This document shows, one piece after another, positions 51,263 through 64,000 of a DNA stretch of 64,000 bases. The first letter of the stretch is position 1, and every line of letters begins with the position of its first letter. The notes under the pieces were generated by a model that saw only the letters and a list, made by a program, of their open reading frames with translations, was not told the DNA's origin and did not search any database. The stretch is from the human T2T-CHM13v2.0 reference genome, Homo sapiens: the NCBI RefSeq assembly GCF_009914755.1, contig NC_060927.1; one strand, 5' to 3'. The translations under genes and the position numbers were made by a program.

Positions 51263-52046
51263 GGGCCTATACAAGGAACTTCCAGGTAATGTGGTTGAGG
51301 GGGAGGGGCTGCACATTACCTTTGAACCCACTTCAAGGAAATAGCACCAAAACTCTAGAAGTCATCACCCTCAGGGAGAAAGAATGCTTATCTATAAGAA
51401 GCCTAGCACACAACAGCTTCCCAACCTATCTGATTAAACAAATACACATGAAGACCGCATTTGGCGGCAAGAAAGGATTAAAAAAAACTCCTCCAAGATT
51501 ATCTTGGGCTAAATCTGAAGAAGGAATCTGCACTCCTTCCATTCCGATGGCATGTTTAAGTTCAGTGGCTGAAAAATCTGCAGAACCAGTTGGGTCCCTA
51601 TGCCGAAGGGGCAGGGAAGAGGCATGCGCTGCTCTGCCAATGGGGAGGAAAAAAATTTAACGAGGGCAAGATAAGAGCCAGACGTGTGGAAATATTTCTC
51701 TTTGAGGATATTCTTTGTACCAATTACTCTTCAAAGATATCATGTTAGCATTTTTGGCACAACTTGACAATTAAATTAGACGAATCGTTTTCAGTGTTTT
51801 TGCATTTGATGTGCCTGAAACTCCTCTTAAGCTAAAATGTTCAGCCTGTCACACACATTTTTTTAAACTTTGGCAAGTCACATCAACACTGATTTCAATT
51901 AAGTCAAGAATTTAAAAACATTTCACTACTCATCTTTTTAAAAAATTACATGACATATAATTAATTGGGTTTGATGATCATTTCGTGGTGTCCAAAGTTT
52001 GGGGATAGAAAGAAACACAGTCAATAAATTTCTATTTTGGAGATGA

Positions 52047-52375
<329 letters not shown>

Positions 52376-53042
52376 TGAGTCTCTCCATTTCTCCCAGGAG
52401 CCAATGGGGCTTTAAATCTCCCACCCGTCTCAATTTCATGCTCCAAAATTGGTTCTTGTCCTGGTACTTCTGGTCCCAGCTCAGTCATAGGCAGGGTAGG
52501 GCAGCACGAGAGGCTGTGCTGAACGCTGGAAAGGCCCCCAATCACAGCATGGTCACGGTAGGAAGTTCGGCCAGAAGAGAGGCGAAGTCCACATCTTATC
52601 TCCATGGTTGGAGTTTTCCTCTTGCTGATGTGACAAAGTAACCTGACGAGATAATGATTTCCAGGTTGGTTCCAAATGGTCTGGGATGAGGTGAGTGCAG
52701 AGGGAGGGCCAGGGGGAGCTGCAGCCGGATGATGCATGGGGCTGTTCTGCAGGACATCTCTCCCAGGAGTTCAAAGGGTTCTGACGATATTCTCTAACTC
52801 ACCACTGGCATGCCCGGGGAAGAACAGATGGTCTGTGGTCAGATAAACCACCTAGACTGGGATGTGATTAGGGTGGTCAAGGAAAATTACAAAACCTTGG
52901 AGCTTCCCTTTCCTTCCCCAACTTCTGGCCTCTGCCCTTACACAAGTCTTGTTTTGTTTTGCTTTGTTTTCCTTGCTTTTGACAGGCTCCAATTTTTCAT
53001 TTTAGTTTAGTCCATTTTGACCAGCATTAATAATGAGAAGTG

Positions 53043-53377
<335 letters not shown>

Positions 53378-53434
53378 CTATGATGACAAGAATCGGGTCT
53401 GTTTTGTGCACAACTGTGCTCCTGACAGCCTAGC

Positions 53435-53999
53435 TGTAGCAAGTGTGGCTTTTTATTCTGATGCTGTGACATCTGGGGCCTTAGGGACCTGAAGGACACT
53501 GCCTCTCCTAGGGCTAGCTAATTCCTAGAGATAGTAAACAATTTTGACTTGGAGCTCACCTTTTATATGCAAACCAATCAATCCAAAGCCCCGACCCCAA
53601 CCACTTCCTCCCTTCTGGGGCTCTTCTAGGGGTCTCACACTCCAGACCATTATTTCCCTGCCCCAATCACCCTGGGACCAAGCACCAGACAGTGAGGACA
53701 ACAACTACACCCCAGAGTCCACTGAAATTATTCAAGCTAGTCAGTTCTAAACCTGCTCACCCTGCCTTGCTCGCCTTTCCCACAAAAGCCACAACAAAGG
53801 CTCTTGCCCACGTTTTCCCCTGGCTCCCTCTGCTTTCTGACCAAACAGAATAGTCAAATTCTGTGGAGTGTTCAGAAGTGTTTCCTGAGTGGTCCTGCAT
53901 GATGTGGTGTGCCTTCCCCTCTTGGAATTGTGAGCAACAAATCATCTTTTCAGTGGCCTCACCAGACCTGATTAAAAATAAAACCTACATTCTAAGACA
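53435..53999 (+). mobile_element. MER74A solo LTR (ERVL) inserted in an L2 tail
   Basis: TG...CA termini with a perfect 5-bp TSD ctagc (53430-34 / 54000-04). Internal GACATCTGGGGCCTT, AATTCCTAGAGATAG, ATGCAAACCAATCAATCC, GCTCTTGCCCACGTTTTCCCC. Confidence 0.85.
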
Positions 54000-55369
54000 C
54001 TAGCACAGGGCCTAGCACACAGTAGGTGCTCAATTAATACCTGCAGGGGGTACTGAATGAGTCTTTCCTTAAATGTAAAAGTCCACAAAAACTTCCTGGA
54101 TACTGTTCCCTCTTGCTTCAGCCTTGTCCTTCCTTACAAGATAATGTGAACACCAGGCCACCTACCTGGGCCGAAATTCAGGTGTTCCCTCTAGACCCAG
54201 GGAGTGCAGTTCTTCCTGCCACCCGCAGGGTCTGTGCAGCCCAGGAAAGCAAGACTGACGGCGTTCCTGAGGGAGGTGGCGTTGGGACAGTGAAGGGGCA
54301 TTTCCTGGCTGCCTGTCATCATGAGGCATTCCAGCTAGCGAGGAAAACAAAGACAGCGGCCAGGGAGCGTCGCCTTTTATGGTTCCATCCTGGCTGCACT
54401 TCAGGAGCAGCCCAGAAAGTGGCCTGGGAGACAGGCAGGCTTTGTCACCCACTTCTGTTCACCTCGGTCCCTGGGCCAGCAGCTGGAGAAATGCTTGTGG
54501 CCCGGCCAGCTAGAGGCACAGGAACCCAAGGGTGAGAATTTGATGGCAGAGGGAACACCCTTCCTGGCGGTGTGCTTTCCTCAATCCTCAATATCATCTC
54601 CCACGAGCACCCATGTAGGCAACAAAAAGAAGGAGCCGAAGCAATTCTATGCTTAAATAACACCAGGGGCCATTTTTTGGACCCTCAGGGGATATCTGGA
54701 ATCTTCTAGAAAATAACGAATATTTATTGAGCAGTTATTTTACACAAGCTCCTACATGGAGCACTTTGTATTCTTGACAGCCAAGTCTCACAATAATCTT
54801 GTCAGCAACCCCATTTTCAGATGGGAACACAGATTCTGACTGGGGCTGGGGGACTTGCCTAAGGTCACATAGTGAAGGGTGGGGCCAGGTGTAAACCCCT
54901 GCTATCTAGCTTTCCCTTACCCTGGAGGGCCTCCCTCCAATAGTCAAATTCTGTTAAGTGTTTAAAAGCCTTAGCTGGTGACCTCTAGGGTTCTCAGCTG
55001 CTCTCTCATTACAGTGAGGCAGTTGCCCCCAGATGATCCCACTAAGGGGTTTTTTCTACTCTATCACTTTAATTCAGCAATCAACACTTCTAACAACACT
55101 TCTAAGTACTGCAGGTCTTCCTCCAGGAGCTCAGAAACCCCAGGGCCTCTGAAACCCCCTTTATATAGAGGCTGTGTGACCTTGAACAAGTTGCTTAACT
55201 TCTCTGGGCCTCAGAAAAGAGAACAGGTTTGACCGCAAAACACCAGGCACCTTCCAAGTGTTCTCCACTTATACCACCTCCTTCCCCATCAACAGTCTTG
55301 TCTCAAAGTAAATATTTCTGGTATGTTATGGAATGACAGGACATAACACAGAAAGATGTCGGTAAGAAA

Positions 55370-55570
55370 TGGGCTTTGGTATGGAACAGACCAAATCTTA
55401 CCTCCAATGTTTATTAGCAAAGTATTTAGTTTTCTCTGTGCCTCAGTTCCCTCATCAGTAAAATGGGTATGGATAATAGCAATTGTTTTACGGGGTTATT
55501 TGAGAATTGTCTGAGATGATGCATTTAGCATGAAGCCAGGCAACAGCAAGCACTCAATAAATGTTAGCCA
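55370..55570 (+). mobile_element. MIR
   Basis: CTCTGTGCCTCAGTTCCCTCATCAGTAAAATGGG ... GCACTCAATAAATGTTAGC. Confidence 0.8.
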
Positions 55571-57197
55571 GCCATTTGATTGTTGAACTTTAAGATTCAC
55601 TTTTCTTTTTTTGCATGCCTCTCCATCTGGAGTGATGATGTGAAGAGCAACAGATGCGAGGGGGGCCAGGATAGTGGGGTCTGCAGCAGCAGCACCAAGA
55701 GGCAATGTCACAGCTAGTTGGAGGCAGGCCCTGATCAAGGAAAGGCTGGGGTAGGTAGGTGACACACTGGGCCGCTCCTCATGTGGTTCGTCACAATTTT
55801 TATGACTTTCTTTTCCATTTGCACAGCCAAGGAGTCTTCCTCCTTAGTCCTCTGCTTGCCAGAGTCAGCTGCCTGGACCTTCCTCAGCCCACATGTCCCT
55901 GCCTCATCTTTAATGTGAGTGCACACAGTTCATGCAGCAATGAAGCCTGCCACGTGCCTTCAGCCTAAGTATGGATTCTGTCAACACACTTTTCTGGAGT
56001 GATGAAGAGCCGTGAATTTCCATAGTCCTAGACTGCAAGATCTCCCTACCTTTAAGTTTTTCTGAATTGAGAACATAGCTTTTATTTGATGAGGGCACTT
56101 GATGTAGCGCTTCTCCTCATCACCAAACAGCTGTCAATAAATGCAAGAGGCATTTAAAAATTGAGGGAACACACTCATTTATCCTTGCATTTGTACAGAG
56201 ATTAAATGCTGTCCTGCCAGGGTCAGTGGCAGTAATCATAGCAGTTATTGCTATTATTAGAAGCTACTTGGTGTCAAGTTTTTTCAAAGGCCCAGGGCTT
56301 TGCATGTGCTATTTTTTATCCTGGATTAGGTCTGGTTATTCTCATGTGACCAATGATGACACTGTGGTCCGTACAGGTGAAGTGACTTATCCAAGGCTTC
56401 ACAGCTTCATAGCCTGGGATTTAAACCCAGGCCTGCCTGGCTTCCAGATTCCTCCTGTTTCATCCATACCATTCGGTGGTTGCTATTTTCTCTGTCAATT
56501 ACCTAATGAAATCTTGGGCAGGACTTTCCTTTGCCAAAGTCCCTTGATAAAACAAACTTTTATCTCCCAAGTCATCTGGCCGATGCATGAGGGGATGTAC
56601 AGAATGGACCTTCCTAGGAGGAATGAGCTCTCTCACACTAGATATATCCAAGAGGAAGGACGTGCCCTATGAAAGGGGTGCCAAGGAAGATTCCTGTGGC
56701 CTTGGGAAGAGCTGGGATGGGGGGAGATAAAATCTCAGGTCTGTTACCTACTAGTTGTGTGACCTTGGGTGAGGCACTGTGCCTCTCTAAGGCTCTGCTG
56801 GCTCAGTATTCTGCATGTGTGCATTGAGGACAAGAGTCTTGTAGAGCCACTGAGGATTTAAGAAGTTTGCAGGGTGATGCTCCTAAGAGGGCTCAAGTGA
56901 TGGTGGCATTGCTACCATGACTGAGAAGGCTCGAGTTGATCACTGAGGCTGTCTCTGCAAGCTCCAAAGTCCCATAAGTTCTCTTCAGTGAGTCAGAGCC
57001 TAGATTAACTATCACAAGTGCCCTCCAGACACAGGCCAGAATGGGCCCTCTGTTTTCCTAGGGCCAGTTCTAAACCCCTAGCTGACCCCACTGCCATGTA
57101 AGTGCCCGCTCATCCATGGTGGAGAAACCACACACTGGAGGAGTGGAGACTTCTGGGTCCCCTGGCTGAACTACTGGCTCACAGAAGGTGCACTTTC

Positions 57198-57506
57198 TTT
57201 CTTTCTTTCTGTTTTTTTCTGAGACGGAATGTTGCCCTGTTGCCCAGACTGGAGTGCAGTGGCATGATCTTGGCTCACTGCAACCTCCGCCCTCCTGGGT
57301 TCAAGTGATTCTCATGCCTCAGCTTCCCGAGTAGCTGGGATTACAGGCATGCGCCACTAAGCCCAGCTAATTTTTTGGTATTTTTTAGTAGAGACGGGGT
57401 TTCACCATGTTGGGCAGGCTGGTCTCGAACTCCTGACCTCAAGTGATCTGCTCACCCTGCACTCCCAAAGTGCTGGGATTACAGTTGTAAGCCACCACAC
57501 TCAGCC
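57198..57506 (-). mobile_element. AluS (Sx/Sz-like)
   Basis: Reverse Alu with (CTTT)n tail. TSD agaaggtgcactttc, whose right copy carries a 7-nt insertion. Confidence 0.95.
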
Positions 57507-57574
57507 AGAAGGCCAGAGGTGCACTTTCCCACCCTCTTCCTGGTCTGACCACCCCAGGGTTCTTCTGACCAACA

Positions 57575-57795
57575 GAATACAGTGGATAAATGGGGTCCTG
57601 TTACCAGACTGCCTTGGTTCAAATCTTGGCTGCTTTACTCTGACTAGCCCATGTGACCTCTTGAAAATCATGTAACCTCTTGATTGCATCATCTGCAAAA
57701 TGGGGATGATGGAAACAAACCCAGCAGGGCTCTTATAAGAATTCTTTGGAGTGGATGTATGAAAAGTAAGTAGGACACAGAAGCCCATCATTATT
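57575..57795 (+). mobile_element. MIR
   Basis: CCAGACTGCCTTGGTTCAAATCTTGGCT...CATCTGCAAAATGGGGATGAT. Confidence 0.75.
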
Positions 57796-58217
57796 ATGGA
57801 CTAGGGTGCTGGGCCCAGTTCCTGGCCCCAGAGGGCTCCCCACCAGCCACCATGATCCCTGTAGGTTGCCCTGGCTCCAGGCCTTCTCCAGCTCCACTAG
57901 TGGCTCAGCTGAGGGGAGAGGAAGGACCAAGGGCACCAAATTTACCCCCTGGCTGAAACAGTACAGCTTTAGGGGAAAACCAGAGTAGCAAGAGCAGTCA
58001 AACCCTGCCTGGGACTTTGTGCCAAGCCCTGGGCTGTGCATTAGACACATCTGATTGCTTGAATCCTCACCTTTATAAACAAGCACGTAGGTACTTTTCC
58101 TATCCCCACTTACAAAGGAGTAAACTGAAACTCAGAGAGGCTGCTCAGTGATTTGCTTAAAGGTCACACAGTTAGTTTATAACTAAGCTATTTACCTCTA
58201 TAAAATTCTCCAAAATA

Positions 58218-58513
<296 letters not shown>

Positions 58514-58529
58514 TAAATCCAAAATAAAA

Positions 58530-58730
58530 ACATTAATGGAGGCCCTACCATGCACCAGGAACTACTGGCAGTTTATACAGATTAGCACACTTGATGCCCA
58601 AAATAATCCTTCAGGGGAGGTATTGTGATGTTATTTTACAGATGAGGAAACCGATGCTTAGGGAGGTAAAGGGGCCTGCCCCAGAGCAGTGATGCAGCAG
58701 GGCTCAAACCCAGGTCTGCCAGGCTCCAGG
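58530..58730 (-). mobile_element. MIR
   Basis: ATTTTACAGATGAGGAAACCGATGCTTAGGGAGGTAAAG...GGCTCAAACCCAGGTCTG. Confidence 0.8.
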
Positions 58731-60798
58731 CACGTGCCCTTAGCATATGTGTGCTGCTGCCCAAGGGCTTCTCATCCCAATTTCCAGAGCAAAAGTAGGA
58801 ACATGGCTTTTCCTCTGAACTCCGAGCCAAGCCAAGAGATAGAGAAGCAGCTGCGGAGGAAACCCCCACCTTGCATCCTGCCCGTTAGCTCACAGCCGTC
58901 CCCTGTATCTTTATGGCCTGGGCTGACGGCCCCGTCCTCGTGCCTAGCCCCTCAGCTTCCTGCCCGACCCCACCATGTCAGAAAACTGCAGCTCCAAAGT
59001 GGCAACAAGAGTCAGTCACACCGCATCGTGCGAGGGAGGCTTGGGGGAGGATCTTAGGCTGAACCCAAGCTCTCAGGGCCCTGTGGCCTTTCCTGAGCCC
59101 TGTTCAGAGTCCTGGCCTCTCTGTCCAGAGGAGAGTCTTGCCGTGCTCTGTCTTAGACAAGTCGAGGTGATTAAAGATCAAAAGACAAGCTAAGACGTCT
59201 GGCTTGCCAACAGGCTATTGTCTGCCCTGTCCTCAGCGCCAACTTCCAGGCCCCAGAGGCCTGCGATCAGCCCCTCTCCACCCGATCACCTTTTCTTTCA
59301 CAACTGATTTTTAAAAAAATCCCCTCCTGCTCTTAATTGCATGCTGTGTGTTCAGATTTCCTGAAGTTCATGAACTGCTGTGAAATTTAAGACAGGTCTG
59401 CATTCCCACTGCATTGCTACTTTTTAATTCTAAATTCCACCCACCTTCCCTAGGAAAAAAAAAGAGAAAAAAAAAAATCCAAGCTGAGTGAAAGAAAATT
59501 TATGCCAGTTGAAAGGAGAAGGCCAGCCTTGAATAATTCTACTAATAAAAGGGCAGTGAGAGATGGGGTAAAAATAATAAGGTTATATCCTCATAAAGTT
59601 CCCTTTATTTGTGATTCCCGAGGCACTTGGGGAATGATAGCTCATCAGGGCAGGGTCCCAAATGTAGCATCTGCTCCCCAGCGGCTGCCTCTATTGCTCT
59701 GGGTGCTCCATAAACACTGGATCACAGCAATCACAGGCCTGCAAGGTGGGCTGGTGGGAAGTACAAACCAGAGGAATTTTATAGCAGGAGGAAGAGGAGC
59801 CAAGAAGCCTAAAGACATCCCCATAGTCACCAGATAAGTCAGGCTGAACCCCAAACAGACCCCAGGCATGCACCATACTCTAGGCCTTGGAGAGGAACCT
59901 GCTAGGTGGTGGCCACAGGTTCTTCATTAAGAGATGCTCCCTAATAACAAAGACTAGGTCCTAGAGGGCTTCATGTAACCTCCATGTTCCTGCGAAAGAA
60001 GAAGGGCACCTCTCCCGATCCACTGGAGTGAAAGGAAATGGAAGAGGTTGTCTAGACTGCCACAGTATGAGTTGGGGTAGAAAATTGAGAGAAGGGCTTT
60101 GCTGAGGCAAGTATTTACTAAGGCCCTACTCTGTGCTGGGCACTGGAGAGGGAGAGAGAAAGGGGACGTGGCCCCCACTGCAGGGAGCTCACCAATACAT
60201 GGGAAACCTCACTGGGTAAACAGCAGGCTCTAAACAAGGCAGGATATGGCGAATTCTGTAGCAAGCAGAGAGGGGCCTTCCCACTTAGGGCCATCCTCAT
60301 CTGAGTTCCCAGCATCTCTCATCTGACTTCTGCAGTGGTCTACCCACTGGGTCTTCCAAATTTACTCATGCTGCCTTGCAGCAGCCTAGAAAGTTAAAAA
60401 TGCAATGCCACCCTCTTGTACAGAGTTGTCAATGGCTTCTCCCAGCACTTGTACCAAAATACAAACACCCTACAGGACTCCATGAGGTCTGGTCCCTGCG
60501 ACTCTCCCAGACCTTTTCTCTTACCAGTCCCTAAAGCCCACCTCGGGGCCTTCCACACACTTCACTGTGCTCCAGGAAAGCTCTTGCCTTGGCTCCTACC
60601 ACAGTCTGCACCTCCTTTCATTGAAGTCTTGGCTCACCTGTCTCCTCAGAAAGGCCTTTACTCAGCGTTTTATCTAAAGTAACCTGGCCAAGTGACCCTG
60701 TTTTATTCCCTGCAAGGCAGATGTCCTTATTTGAACTTCTCTCCTTATAAAAAATACAGTGAAACAAATACTATCTACTTACACATTGCAAGTCTCCC

Positions 60799-61385
60799 TG
60801 TATTAGTTAGCTATTGCTGTGTAACAAATCACCTCAAAACTTAGTGGCTTAAAATAGCAACTATTTATTATTGCTCATGAGTCCACAGGTCAGTTGGGTG
60901 ATATGTCTTGTCTTGGCTGGGCTCACTCATGTTCCTCTATAAGTGGAATAGGTAGCTGTGCTGATCTTGGCAGGGCTCTTTCACACATTTGGGGCTTGGC
61001 TGGCTGTGACCTGGTCTAGGGTGGTTTTGGCTGGGACAACTGGGCTCTCCTGCACATGGCCTCTCATCTACCAGCAGGCTAGCCTAGGCTTGTTTTCACA
61101 TGGTTAGGCAGAGTTCTGAGTGAGGGGTGGAGGTGGGAGTGGGGAGAGAGACAGAGAGAGAGCTTGAGCTCTTGAGGCTTAGGCTGGGAAGTGGCGTACT
61201 GTCATTTCTACTACATTCTGTTGGTCAAAGGAAGTCTTAAAACCAGTCTAAATTCAAGCAGAGGGAAAAGAGAGCTATATAGCTTTTCCCACTTCTTTAT
61301 GGGAACAGTTATAAAATCACACTGCAAAGGGCATGCATATAGGAATCCTGAAAATTGGGGACATTTTTGCAATTAACCTACCATA
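60799..61385 (-). mobile_element. MLT1F-type solo LTR
   Basis: TGTATTAGTTAGCTATTGCTGTGTAACAAATCACCTCAAAACTTAGTGGCTTAAAA ... GGGACATTTTTGCAATTAACCTACCATA. Confidence 0.85.
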
Positions 61386-62261
61386 TTCTTCTACAATGTA
61401 AATTCTACAAAAGGACAGACCTCAATGAGCACTTGCCATGCATCATACACATTTTACCCATACTTTGTATAGTATATATAATTCACAATCTACATTTGGT
61501 ACGTTTTTCAATTTGAAAAAAAAATGGCATGAACCCCTTAATAACACTGGATTCAGAGACAAGGTTGTATTCTGGGTTAGACAAGTTACAACAGGCATCT
61601 GCTATATGGAGTTGTTCTATGCTGGGAGACATATTTGCCCCATGGGATATCAAAATCCACATAATAACAGGTCATGTTATAATGAGGTTTTGCTGCACAT
61701 GCTTGCTCTCAATTTAGACGGCAGGACCTGCCAGGTCTTCCTCCAGCTGCTGGCTTCAGACCTCTCTTTCCAGAAGGATAAGAACTACCTGTCAAAATGC
61801 AAAGCTCTAACAATGAAATATACAGCGCATGCTGTGGGAAAGCCCTCGGTTTACTTCCACAGGCTGCAGCTGGTGTGCACGGCAGAAATGATTCATTCTT
61901 CCACCCAGCAAAACAAGTCCGTTTACAGGATCTCCTAAACAGAACACATCCTCAACCTTTCACATGCTGCGCACTCGGCTCATGATTTAACCTCCTTTGC
62001 GTTGAAGAGCCACAGGCTCAGTGCTGGAAAAGAATGCTCCTTCCTGCATTGCTGTCTGCTCCAAGGCAATATACTGTTACATTTCTAGGAAATCAGAATG
62101 TCTTTTAAATCCTGCTTCAAGTGTCTACACATTCCATGCTAAGCTGCAATGCTTAATTTAATATCTCCACGGCAGTGGTGAGGGTTTCAAATAGAGTCCA
62201 CAGCCTCAGGGACATAGGAAGAGAATTCAAAAGGTGATATGATAGTTTGGGATGATTGTAT

Positions 62262-62328
62262 TTAGGTTGGTGCAAAAGTAATTGCAGTTTTTGCCATTAA
62301 AAGTAATGGTAGTTTTGCACCAACCTAA
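62262..62328. mobile_element. MADE1 (Hsmar1-derived MITE) with deletion in right arm
   Basis: TTAGGTTGGTGCAAAAGTAATTGCAGTTTTTGCCATT ... TTTTGCACCAACCTAA, flanked by TA. Confidence 0.92.
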
Positions 62329-62909
62329 TATATTTAAGAAGTGGCAAAAACACCAAAGTGGGTTTTGCCACCATTGCCAAAACTGAATGTAAATACCACT
62401 TGACAGCAATAGGAAGCATATTTTTTTTTTTTTGTCTTGGGGAAGCTTGAATCCTACTGAGTTCAATTTGGGGAGGGGGTAGTGCTGCCAGAGGCGAAAG
62501 AATAAAGGCTACCACTTTGCGAAAATCTTGAGGGCAAGAAACCTATTTCAGCCACAAAAATACAAATGTCTTTTCAATGTCAGGAAACTCTGGAAGAAAA
62601 GACAGAGGATGGGACCAAGAGAGACCAAATGCATTTCCTTTGGAAATCACTGCCTGGATCAGGGGTCCTCAAGTTGTTACCAACTCCCACAAGAGCCCTA
62701 AAATCATTTCTCCAAATCACAGGTGCTAATTGCTTTCATAAGGGTGCTGGCTAGAGCAGAACCCAAGGGCTTGGTAAGTGTGATATTCTCATTTCTCTGG
62801 GCTTGTGTGATGCTTGAGTTTGGAAGGTAAGTGTCTGGATTGACTTCATATATACACATGGTCCTAGAGATGCTTATCTTTTTCAAACCCATCTGGGAAC
62901 ATTATTGGT

Positions 62910-63262
62910 TTGTTAATTCATTAAATACATATTGAATATGACTCATGTGTGCCAATAACTTTTCTGGGCACAGAGAACACAACAGCCTATGTGCTTGCCT
63001 ACATGGGGTTCTAAACAAAATTGACATTGAAATACATAGTATTCTAGATGATGATAAAGGTCTAAACAAACCAGGGAAAGGGATGGGGGCTATTTTTAAA
63101 TAGGGTGGTTAGATGAGGTCTCATTGAGCAGATAATACTTGAACGAAGGCTTGAATGAGGTGAGGGAGTGAGCCAAGTAGTTATCTGAGGGAAGAGAATT
63201 CCAGGCAGCAAGAAAAGCCAGTGCAGAGGCCTTGAGGCAGGAGGTGCCTGGCCTGTTTCAGG
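62910..63262 (-). mobile_element. L2a remnant
   Basis: GAAGGCTTGAATGAGGTGAGGGAGTGAGCCA...TTCCAGGCAG...GCAGAGGCCTTGAGGCAGGAG. Confidence 0.85.
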
Positions 63263-63278
63263 AGCCCAAATGTGCTCC

Positions 63279-63297
63279 TCTAACTAGGGGGCAGTGC
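63279..63297 (+). promoter_or_regulatory. Candidate CTCF core
   Basis: AACTAGGGGGCAGTG is close to CCACTAGGGGGCAGT; the mismatch lies in the 5' CC. Confidence 0.45.
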
Positions 63298-64000
63298 TGG
63301 GTGACTCTCACTGATTTGGTTGGCCCTTGAAGGAGTCAGTTTTAGGATGAGCATCTCAGAGGGGAAACAAAGGTACTATGGTATTATCAATCTTTCTCTT
63401 TTCAAATGCTTAAGTCCTAAGTCTCCCATCGCCACTTCCTTTAAAAAGGAAAGTAAGGGGGAAAGAAAACCATGTGTCTGAAAATACCCATGCAATAATA
63501 CCATTTAGCCTGGCCCATGGGGAAAAAAGGTGAGACATCTGGGGGTCATCCCTCAAGGTGAGTTTATATACTGTGCAGATTTTTTAAGAGTATGGTACAG
63601 TAATTACACTGATGGCTGATTAACTCAGGGGAGTTACCCAGAGGTGAGGTCTTTAGATGTGTAGGGAGAAGTCTGCATGCACAGGTAAGAGTGGCAGGGT
63701 TTATGGAGAGGGAATTCACCATTTGTGGCCAGCACTATTTCCAGGTGGAAATGGTGCTCCTCTGGTGAAAGGGAAAGAAGCCAAGGTTTCCAACCAGTGG
63801 TCCTTATACCTCCAATTCATGGACAAGCTTCAAGAGGTGCCTGTGAACCTCTTGAAATGATATGCAACGTTTCAAATGTGCCACATGCTTTTTCTTGGGA
63901 AAAGGGTCCAGAGCTTCTCAGAAATTTCCATGACCTCTTCCAAAATGAAGAACCATTGACTTCGCATGGAGCAACCTCTGTTCTCACTTCTCTTCCAGGA

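Noticed and set aside
54110-54600. Possible CpG island (also 25.6, 29.2 and 58.9 kb)
   Set aside because: Only a mild CpG excess over short stretches; no island-type promoter.
61438-61938. 166-aa ORF
   Set aside because: No homology recognised and composition is not protein-like.

Overview
Primate (human-like) non-coding genomic DNA, intergenic or deep intronic. I found no recognisable protein-coding gene, RNA gene, CpG island or CRISPR array, and I cannot name the locus. Most of the supplied ORF track is repeat-derived or chance. The window holds 17 Alus (J, S and Y types, many with readable target-site duplications), 9 solitary ERVL/MaLR LTRs (MLT1C, MLT1F, MLT1H/J/K-type, MLT2, MER74A), hAT-Charlie MITEs (MER20 x4, MER58A x3), a MADE1 mariner MITE, and many MIR and L2 remnants. 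Only tiny ancient L1 scraps are present. Several repeat-free islands look like enhancers: perfect NFI palindromes, paired TEAD sites, homeodomain-rich blocks and three candidate CTCF sites. The best leads are (1) a frame-preserving 18-nt microexon candidate at 20876-20893 in a repeat-free, CpG-retaining block; (2) several short locally templated duplications and quasi-palindromes (19.2/19.6 kb, 53.8/54.9 kb, 32.7 kb, 12.2 kb, 23.7 kb, 62.3 kb); (3) a dense NFI/MEIS/HOX/TEAD motif cassette at 45.06-45.19 kb; and (4) AG|GT recursive-splice-like sites. None is demonstrated to be a new biological system. Repeat subfamily calls come from remembered consensus sequences, and MIR/L2 boundaries are approximate.
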